Assembly (NCBI GenBank): GCA_951406725.2
Contig: OX597818.1
Span: forward strand, 58,032,001 to 58,096,000
DNA: 64,000 nucleotides
Direction: 5' to 3'
Source: Octopus vulgaris
Taxonomy: Eukaryota
Below the pieces are notes generated by a model. That model was not told the DNA's origin. It made no database searches and saw only the letters and a program-made list of their open reading frames with translations. Of the stretch, positions 1-10,873 are shown one piece after another. Every line of letters starts with the position of its first letter. Position 1 is the stretch's first letter. The position numbers and the translations under genes are program-made.

Positions 1-102
1 CAAAACGTGAGCGTGCAGACACACACACTAACACACTCACTCACACAAAAACGCGCACATACACACATAAGACAGAATATTCACTGCTCAGAGAGAGAGA
101 GA

Positions 103-221
103 TGTTTACAGCACCTAGGTTTCCCAAGCGGGCACCTATCCAAGTGCCGAGTAGGCTGGACGCTGCTTAATTTCGTTGATCGGACGAGAACCGGTGCTTT
201 CAAAGTGACATACGGTGCTCG
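103..221 (-). pseudogene. Degenerate 5S rRNA copy (pseudogene or 5S-derived element head)
   Basis: Minus strand reads ...TTGAAAGCACCGGTTCTCGTCCGATCAACGAAATTAAGCAGCGTCCAGCCTACTCGGCACTTGGATAGGTGCCCGCTTGGGAAACCTAGGTGCTGTAAAC, colinear with metazoan 5S rRNA over ~119 nt with many substitutions; no oligo-T terminator, followed by (TC)n. Confidence 0.85.
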
Positions 222-473
222 GTTATATTTTTAGCGTTGCTGACACATACATGTCACAGAATATATCCTGTTTCGTATTTTTCCAAAGGATTCAGTACAA
301 AGAGGTATCACTCCGATCAAATAGTATGTGGTACTTTCGCTAGGTTTTATGTCCCATTTTCTTTCATACGCAAAACTCCAATACCTAATGGTTAAGCGAT
401 ACGCGTTGAAAGGTTAGAAGACGAAAATATTTCTTCTCACGTTAGTGATTGTAATACACTTGTACACATGTAT

Positions 474-529
474 TATATATATATATATATATATGCATGG
501 ATACATACATACATACATACATACATACA

Positions 530-560
<31 letters not shown>
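474..560. repeat. (TA)n/(TACA)n microsatellite
   Basis: Direct inspection. Confidence 0.95.
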
Positions 561-561
<1 letters not shown>

Positions 562-1861
562 GCGTTCGATGGTTTTAGTTGGAGAACTGGACCCAAGTAT
601 TCTGTACTTTAGAACACGGTATATATTTTGACGAACCGCTAATTTATCGAAATTCTTGTATTTGTGCCAGTATTTCGAAGAAGAAATATATCGAAACCAG
701 TCGCAAATAACTGCGCTTTAGAAACTCCAAAGAGCTGAAGAAACCTGCTAACAAGAAATGGTCCTACTCGCTCTTCCACTCAGCATGACCGCAGTTTGAC
801 AAACTGCATTCAGCATACAATCACAGATGCATAACCTGGACACAATACTGTAAACTTAGGTGTCTATATGATTTGGACTTCACAAAATACACCCTACTCC
901 AGGCGACCATCTCAAACTTAGCGCTATGAAAGGGGCTTTCCAATGTGGATCCCGATAACCTCCTTTTCGCCTTAGCGATCTGGATGCTTTCTTTGCTGCT
1001 TGTAGATTACTTTGGATTCTGTTTTTCTACACATTCCTGTGATTCTTAGGTTTCAGTGTACATAATACGTGTTCTAGTTCCCTTTGAAATATCGGTGCAT
1101 TTGTAATTATTTAATAAGATAATATTAAATTAATCATTATTGGAATGCAATTAATTTCGCTTATATTTTTCTCTATAGGTATACAAAATTCCCAGCTTAT
1201 TCTCACACGAAAAACTTATACTAATTTCAAACCAAAACAATTAAATTATAAATATTCTTGCTTTATTTCTATATAAAGAATTCAACAGTATATTCACAAC
1301 CATATAGTCTGTCCTTAAAACAACGCTCTCTGTTCTTTCATGAGGGGTTCGTGTGATATAGTTCCTACAAAACTGCATCTGAAAACAATTAATCAATTTT
1401 TTTTATAAACGTTCATGCTAATGCAGCGAGGACTATTAGCAATATTAGTGAAACATTTCCGATGTTAAACCCTAGCTTCTATTTATTAGTTGAAATGGAA
1501 TCATAAATCTAAAATTCTACTGGTAATTACTTTGCTCTCGATGTTTATGTTTTAACTAATGTACATTAATCCGCGATACATTAACGCAATTCTAAATGAA
1601 AATTGAAAATATTTTGACACGTCCGTCCTTTTGAGAGATGAAATCTACAAATAAAGAATATTTTATAGCGGACATTAAGGTGTTTATCATCAATTCCCCA
1701 TTGGTGCATCTAAATGATAATATGCCTTTTAAAAAATAGAATAAAAATTAGGGGAAACGACTTGAAATTTCCCTTGCAACACAATACATTTAGCCAATGA
1801 GAATCGGAAGTCAAATCATGGTGAACCAAATATAAAATTATCTTTCATTCGTGGAAAACAC

Positions 1862-2087
1862 GTAATAATCCTTTCCACTATGGACACAAGGCTTGGAATG
1901 TTAGGGGAGAAGGCTAGTCGATTTCATCAACCCCCCCCAGAAGTCAACTGATTCTTAATTTCTCGACCCCAAAAGGATGAAAGGCAAAGTCGATCTCGGC
2001 GGAATTTGAACTCAGAACGTAGCTACGGTCTAAATACTGCTAAGCATTTCCTCCAGCGTGCTAACGATTCTGCCAGCTCGCTGCCCT
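1862..2087 (-). mobile_element. SINE family C (tRNA-like head, GCCTTTCATCCTTTCGGGGTCG core), degenerate
   Basis: Matches reverse complement of the copy at 56358-56772 (aaggatgaaaggcaaagtcga...ctcggcggaatttgaactcagaacgta...gctaacgattctgccagctcgc). Confidence 0.85.
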
Positions 2088-2553
2088 GGAAATATAGAAA
2101 GAATGCCGTACATTCGGAAACACATCTGTTATGCACACATCCATGAAAAAAAATCCATCATATACCAGATATGCAATACGGAATTTGGTTGGGTAACGCA
2201 TAAATATAAAATTTTGGAGAATATAACGAACAGCAAGCTAAACACTTTAGATGATATAAGAAAAATATCTTCCCCATATCCCAGTTCAGATTTTCAACGA
2301 ATAAGAAAGCATTAAGAGTTGTTTCCACGAAATAGCAATTTTTAAGAATAAACTGAAAGCAAATGAAAAGTCAGTTTAATGAGCTTTAAAAATCGCTCGC
2401 GATACCATTGTTTAAAAAAATGTTTGTAACTAAGCCGCCAGCTCTTTCTGATTTAGGGAACTCAAATATAATATATACCGCCTGTAATCTCTTCCCCAAG
2501 TGTCTCCAATTTGAAGAATTCTCTTTCTATTTCACACAAGGTATATGTTTACA

Positions 2554-2940
2554 GGAGGCGCAATGGCCCAGTGGTTAGGGCAGCGGACTCGCGGTCTTAG
2601 GATCGCGGTTTCAATTCCCAGACCGGGCGTTGTGAGTGTTTATTGAGCGAAGACGCCTAAAAGCTCCACGAGCCTTCGGCAGGGGATGGTGGTGATCACT
2701 GCTGTACTCTTTCACCACAACTTTCTCTCATTCTTACTTCCTGTTTCTGTTGTACCTGTATTTCAAGGGGCCGGCCTTGTCACTCTCTATGTCACGCTGA
2801 ATATCCCCGAGAACTACGTTAAGGGTGCACGTTTCTGTGGAGTGCTCAGCCACTTACACGTTAATTTCACGAGCAGGCTGTTCCGTTGATTCGGATCAAC
2901 CGGAACCCTTATCGTCGTAACCGATGGAGTGCTTCCATCC
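2554..2940 (+). mobile_element. SINE family A (tRNA-derived, OR1/OR2-like), full length
   Basis: A-box TGGCCCAGTGG and B-box-like GGTTTCAATTCCC; near-identical to 41895-42282 and 50403-50783; CATC tail; candidate TSD ATATGTTTA. Confidence 0.9.
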
Positions 2941-4189
2941 ATATGTTTAAACCATCTCACGATACAAAAATGTTTCCAACATTGCAATGGGTTTAGAAGA
3001 GCTTGCAAAACCTTTCAGTAGCTAATGCAGTTTTTCCACTTTTTCCACCTGTGTGAAAGACACTGATTTTCATCGTCTGTGCAGCGATAATTTGTAGTCG
3101 CTAACATTGATTATCTGTGAATGGAGCTAGAGAGATTTTGTGTGTTACAAGACTGCTGTTGTCGATACGGTGCAAGTAATATATTCTATGCCATGCTTTA
3201 CAACATTAAACAATTATTGTTTGTTTAGTGCAGATTATTTTCTAGCTCTAGCAGTTATAGTCTACGTTGATGATGCATATTGATGGAAGAAATTTTCAGT
3301 GATACCAAAGCATTGAAATTGAACTGATAATATTTGGTCTAAAGGAAGGATGTCATACTTAATAGCAGAGAGGGCCAAAATAATTTTCCGTGTAGTGATT
3401 GTGTCTTGTTCCTGTGGAAAGTTGCCACAGTAAAATGACGCCATCCTGAGAATAATACGAAAGGATAATCATTTCAATACAGATTTGTGGTGAGTGACGA
3501 TTACAAGATGCTATTAGGAGTGTAGAATTACTTTGTGTTGGGGTCGAGACCATATTAATTGTATATCATAAATATAAATGGGAACAGAATTAAATATGTG
3601 GTATATTACGTTTAATACAAAGTTTGAGAAATATCCCAGTGCGAATGCCTCAGTTTTGTGAAGAATCTTTTGAAGTGGTTCACATAATTATGGCGTGTAT
3701 TTATTTGTATGTGACTGCCTGTTTGTCGAGGGGAGCGTGCGAGAGCTATACATAAAGTTAAGTTTAACTACTTTGTGTAGTTTTGAAATGGATGCTAAAC
3801 ACACATTATTCCAAAATAAGTTAAATACAAAATATTGACATCTTTCCATAAGTAAGAGGACACAAATATTGCCAAAAATGAGTGCACATATTCAAAACAA
3901 CTTTTGGCTGGTGTGCATTATGAAATATTTATATTTATTCATAACTTAATATTGCAAGTTGTGAACAGATGAACCGTTGGTTTGCAAAATAACACACGGC
4001 TGGAAACCGAGTGGATAGCGTGACGAAACGAACAGAAATTGTGGAATTTCTGATTATTTGCCAATGGTTTTAACATTTGGTGATGTAAACTGTGTTTATC
4101 AGCGGAATAAAACAGAGACGCATACAAATACACATATGTATGTATCTATCTATCTACCGGATAACTTTCATCGTTCGAGATTTACGTAT

Positions 4190-4556
<367 letters not shown>

Positions 4557-5120
4557 CAGAATATATAAGTGAGAGTACAACAAGTCACTGTATTTCAGGA
4601 GAATATTTTCGCTTTTGATATAGTATTTGCAACTAGAACATACTCGCGAATACACGTGTTAAAACGCACGTGTGTTACTTCCCGAAATCGAAGTGAATTT
4701 TATTCTTCGTCTGTGAATCAACAAGACACAGTATTTTTGAGAAGGATATTTTCGTTTTTGATGTATATCTGCGTGTTCTGCAAAAAGCCTCTGAAAAATT
4801 TGCTGCTTAATACCAAATCGCTTAGGAAAATACAGAAAGTATCGTGAAAGTGTTGCATGTGCTAAATCGAAACTCAAATCCCTTTTGTTTACAAAATACG
4901 ATTAAGGAATATAAAAGGTCTGTCTTGTCTATCTATCTTCCTTTCTTATAAAAAGGAATCACGTAAGTACTCTCTCAGCCGGTAAGGTAAGGAAGATATT
5001 ATTTATTTTGTTATCATTAGTGTTCTTTCAAACAGAAAATAATAATAATAAAAAAAAAAGATATAAAAATATAAAAATACGCGCTATTCTATCTTTATAA
5101 TCTTTATAATTTCGTCCTCC

Positions 5121-6010
5121 GTGCCTGCCACGCACTCTCTCTTTCTCTTTCTTACATTTCTATTTCTATCTCTCTCATACAGTTTATACCTTATCTGTCA
5201 CCCCATCCACCAGACCCTCTATTTCCGCTCTCACTCTCCCCTCCTCCCTCTCTCTCCCTCTGCCATCGTTTCTCTTTCTGCATCTCTCTCAGATCAACTT
5301 TCTCTCACCTCACCCCCTCTCTCAGTTCCTCAACTTCACTCATTCTCTCTTGTATCTATATACCACCCTCTTTCTCTCTCTCTCTGTTACTCCCCCTCCC
5401 TCTCTCTGCCTCTTTCCTCTCCGCTCCTTCACAGGTCAAACCCCTTTTCCTCTTCCCCTTCTGTCCCCTTATTTCTTTCTCTACACCACCCTCCCTGTCC
5501 CTTTACTACACTCTGTTGCGCCCCCTCTCTCCTCTTCCCCTTTTTCTTCCTACCTTTCCTCTCCCTGTTCCCTCTAAGGCTCACCACCCCCTGTCTCTTT
5601 TTTCCTCTCTCTGTCTCCTTCCTCCACACCACCCTCTCTGTCCCTTTACTTCACTCCCTGGTACCTCTATCCTGCCCTCTCTCTCTCTCCCTCTCCATTT
5701 CATCTCTCTCTCTCTCTCTCCTCTCCATTTTATCTCTCCGCCTTTCTTCTCCCTGCTCCCCCTAGGGTCCACCCTCTTGTCTCACTTTTCCACCCTGTCC
5801 CTTTCTACTACACCTCTATCCCGCTCACTCTCCCCCTGCTGACCTGCCATTCTTTCACCTTTCTCTTTTTTCCCTCTTATTTTCTCTCTTTCTCTCTTCT
5901 CTCAGGACAATCCCCTCGTCTCTCTCTATCCCCCTGGCTTTTCTCCTTTCTCTTCTCCCTCTCCATCTTATCTCTCCTTCTCTATCTCTCTCTCTGTTCC
6001 TATATTTCAC
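5121..6010 (+). repeat. CT-rich low-complexity tract in the putative 5' UTR of LINE-1st
   Basis: ~900 bp polypyrimidine with recurring CACCACCCTCTCTGTCCCTTTACT-like units. Confidence 0.9.
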
Positions 6011-6019
6011 TAGAAGAAA

Positions 6020-6930
6020 ATGGCAAGAAACTGGTCTGCGAGAGAGGTGCAATTGTTTGTCCGCGCTTGGAAGATCGCTGAGGACGACTCGCCGAACGAC
6101 ATTATTGCTGCGGCGCTGAAAAGCAACAATTTTTCGAGAACCACCGCCCAGATAGAGCGAAAGAAGAGAGAAGTTATCCGTTCGTACGCTCTAATCAGGC
6201 AACATGTGGACACCCTGGACATCATCCTGGGAGGTGACGGCAGCAGGGAGGGCCAAAAGGATGAGGAAAGCATCCAGAGCCAAATGGAGAAGCCTGGAAC
6301 ACAGGGAAACGATGACACATGTCCAGCTTCCAACACCACAACTGAAGACCAAAGAGGTGCGATGGCCGCAAGAAAGGAAAGGCACCCTGGAATTGATGGG
6401 AAGCAGGAGGTAAAGGGTGACAGAATCAAGGCTAAAGGAAGCCCTGTCCAGAGAAAGCAGAGGGACCCCAGCAAAAACTGTAAGGGCAGGGAAAGAAACA
6501 CCTGAAAATTCTACCTGAGGGGGGACTGCTGGTACGGCGTTGAAGGTGCAAACTGTCGCTTTGCACATCGGAGGCCCTACCAAAACCGCACGGACGCGAG
6601 ACAGAGGTCCCTCCCTCAGGGAGAACAAAAACAAAAACAAAAAGAAAAAGTTAAAAGAAGGGGAAAAAAAGCGCACTGACCACTACTGAAAGACGGTATG
6701 CAGATGTGGTGCGCGGAAACCCAACAGGTGACCAGCTTCACCCAGATGTGAGAAGGGCGGCAGCTGAACAGCAGTCTTTTTTGTGCATGGCACAAAAAAT
6801 TGTTCAGCAGCTGACCTGGCTACAAGCACAAAGCTGGAACTACCACCACATAAGGCCACCTCCAACAGATGCAGGATGGCCACCACAGACACCAACACCA
6901 ACACACACACCACAAAAATATTTCTACTGA
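6020..6930 (+). pseudogene. LINE ORF1 (Myb/SANT-like domain + CCCH finger), disrupted
   Basis: Homologous to 13819-14724. TGA at 6503-6505 replaces the first finger Cys (*KFYLRGDCWYGVEGANCRFAH); a frameshift in the A-rich stretch near 6630-6675 precedes RRYADV...EQQSFLCMAQKIVQQLTWL. Confidence 0.88.
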
Positions 6931-9900
6931 ATGTAGGAGGGCTGCTGCGCGGAAACTGTAAAATTTCATTCCTGAGAGACCTTGTGACATGCAATCAAGC
7001 TATATGCATGGCAGTCACAGAAACGCATCTTGAACCCGATATAGGTGATGCAGAAATACACATGCCGCAATATGCAGTCATACGCACAGATAGAAAAGGG
7101 AGGAGCCATGGTGGAGTTGCAATGTACATCCGAGATGACCTCACGCCCCAGGTCCTGCTGTCATATTCAAACTCAGTATGTGAAACTCAAATTGTACACA
7201 TAAGACAACTGAATATCGTCATATGCACTACATATCGCCCACCAGATGCCCCAAAACACTCAGGCATGTTTGAAGACTGCCTAACAAAAATAGGAGAAGT
7301 CCTCACCAACCTTGAACAGCACAACAGTGTATTCTTCATGGGTGACTTTAACCTCCCCAATGTGGAATGGCCTGGGGGGCAGATGCTCCCAGGGATGACG
7401 CACCATCAGCAGGCACAGGTGGAGTCCCTGCTCCATCTCACAAATGCCTCTTTCATGGAGCAAATAGTTCTGCAACCAACAAGGGCAGATAATATACTGG
7501 ATCTCTGCTTCACAAACAATATGGATATTATCCATAATGTTAATGTGATGCCGACAATGATCTCGGATCACAACATTATAGAGCTGTCTATGTATGGAAC
7601 AAAAGCCCCCGCAGACACACAGCCTATACGAAGCACCCACCATCTCTCCAACTTAAACTTTCATAAAGCCAACTGGAAGTCGATTGAGAAAGAGATCCTC
7701 AAACAGGATTGGCCTGAATGTCTCTCCACACCGGACATAAACATGAAACACAAACACTTCATGTCCATAATACAAGCCATATGTGACAAATATGTCCCAA
7801 TGTGCAGGGCCAGCACACACAAGAACAAAAACAGGATCCCTAGAGAAAGGAGGATTCTTATGAGACGACGGACAAGGATTGCAAACCGCCTGAGCAAGCA
7901 CACCAAAAGTGGTGAGAAGTCTCGGCTCGAAAGAATGCTAATGGAAACTGAGAAAAGTCTACATCAGTCCCATGAAAAGGAGAGAGCAGATAAAGAAGCT
8001 TGGGTAATATAAAATATAAAATCAAACCCTAAAGCTTTCTTTAAGTTTGCCAAAGAGACAGCCACAGTGCACCAGAGAATAGGACCTCTCTTCCAAAAAG
8101 ATGGCTCTCTCACAGGAAATCCCACGAGGATAAGTGAAATACTGAACGAACAGTTCCAAAGTGTGTTCACTACACCTCTAGGACACAGGCAAGTAAACAA
8201 CCCAGAAGAATTCTTTGCCACTTTACCAGCGGCCAAAGAGACAAAAATTGAGTACATCAACATCGAAGAAGATGATATCACACTAGCCATTGATGAGATT
8301 GACACAAACTCAGCTGCTGGACCTGATGGATTCCCAGCGATCCTTCTCAAATCGTGCAAACGAGCCCTTGCAAAACCGCTACAGCTTCTTTTTCAGAGCT
8401 TTCTTGCAAGTGGTAAGCTCCCAGTCAAACTGAAAGAGGGGGTAATATGCCCTATCCATAAGGGAGGTAGCAGAGCAGATGCTAAAAATTATAGGCCTAT
8501 CTCTCTGACCTCACACATCAGCAAAGTCATGGAACGAATAGTCCGTAAGAAACTAATCATGTTCCTTGAAGAAAATGACTTACTGTCTGACACCCAGCAT
8601 GGATTTCGACCAGGTAGAGGCTGCCTAACACAGCTCCTGCAACACTATGACTGGGTGTTGAAACAGCTACTAAATGGCTCAAATGTGGATGTAATATATC
8701 TTGACTTTGCAAAAGCCTTTGATAAAGTCGACCATGGTATGATCTGTCACAAACTGCGTGGTCTCGGCATAGGCGGGAAACTTGGAGAGTGGCTGCACAA
8801 CTTCCTAAAAGACAGAAAACAGGCAGTTGTGAGCAATGGAGCCACCTCCAAGGAAACGCAAATAACAAGCGGTGTCCCACAGGGCACTGTCTTGGGGCCA
8901 CTGATGTTCATAGTGGCCCTTTCAGACATGCCTTCAGTTGCTACGATGACCACCCTTGCTAGCTATGCAGATGACACAAAAGTCTCCCACGCAATACAAA
9001 ACCCTGAAAATATTGCGCATCTGCAACATGAGCTGGACACAATATACAGGTGGGCTGAGGACAACAACATGCAGTTTAATGCAGGTAAGTTCCAGGCCCT
9101 GCGCTACTGGCACACAAAGGTAAATGACGTGAAGACTGGATACACTGGCCCAGGAAGAATTGCAATCCCTGAGTCAAAATCAGTGCGTGACCTGGGCATT
9201 GACATGAGCAATGATGCATCTTTCCAAATGCATATTGCTAATCTGGTGATAAAATGCAGACGGCTAGCTGGATGGATTCTCCGAACTTTCAGAACAAGAG
9301 AGAAGGAGACACTGATGGTCCTATGGAAAACATTTGTCCTCAGCCGCTTGGACTACTGCTCCCAACTTTGGTCACCACACAATATAAAACAAACAGCAGA
9401 ACTCGAAGCAACTCAGAGAAGCTACACAAAGAAAATCGTCTCAATGCAAAATGTCAGCTACTGGGAAAGACTGAAGGTATTAAACCTCTTCTCCCTGGAG
9501 CGGAGGCGGGAGAGATATGCAGTGATATACATCTGGAAAATCCTGGAGGGTCTTGTCCCAAACTTTGGCATTCAAAGTTACTCCAACCGCAGAACGGGGC
9601 GCCGCTGCGTGGTGCCAAGGATTCCAACATCACCATCAAAATACAGGTCCAGATACTGCAACAGCTTGGGTTTCAGAGGACCACAGCTCTTTAACATCCT
9701 CCCTAAATGCCTGAGAGACTTACATGGTGTGGATGTGGGTTTTTAAAACTAAACTGGATCTCTTCTTGTTGGGAGTCCCAGATGAACCTACCTCACGACA
9801 GGAGACACGGATGCGGGCAGCAGCATCGAACTCCCTTGTTGATCAAGTGCCACGTATCAGAGGTGGATTCACAACTAGTGTAGCTCATTCAGCGGTGGTG
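6876..9900 (+). pseudogene. LINE ORF2 (AP endonuclease + reverse transcriptase), one nonsense codon and a late frameshift
   Basis: EN motifs TETHL, YRPP, GDFN, LDL, SDH; RT motifs NYRPISLTS, QHGFR, YLDFAKAFD, GVPQG, YADD. TAA at 8010-8012 with the same frame resuming; frameshift near 9740 before FKTKLDLFLLGVPDEP. Confidence 0.95.
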
Positions 9901-9928
9901 CCCCAGCATGGCCGGGCTTCGCTAATGG

Positions 9929-10792
<864 letters not shown>

Positions 10793-10873
10793 TGATTGAT
10801 TGATTCTAGTTTCAGCTTATGAGCTGTGGGCATGCTGGGGCACCGCCATTTGGTGCTGCTACTTGGTTTCACT

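Larger units (their letters stand above)
4557..9931 (+). mobile_element. Apparently full-length non-LTR retrotransposon (CR1/L2 group), copy 1 (LINE-1st), mutated
   Basis: ORF1 plus APE-RT ORF2; 3' tail GGTGGTGCCCCAGCATGGCC; (TA)n at both ends. The 5' boundary is inferred from the TA flank and from matching the size of copy 2. Confidence 0.85.

Noticed and set aside
2554-2630. tRNA genes at SINE heads
   Set aside because: The tRNA-like segments continue into shared SINE bodies and lack a clean acceptor stem and terminator
5121-5842. 214 aa and 108 aa Leu/Ser/Pro-rich ORFs
   Set aside because: Product of CT low complexity; non-ATG starts
6503-6505. TGA at a conserved Cys position (selenocysteine or readthrough?)
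   Set aside because: The same copy has other disabling lesions (frameshifts, TAA at 8010); a TGC/TGT to TGA point mutation is simpler and no SECIS was recognised
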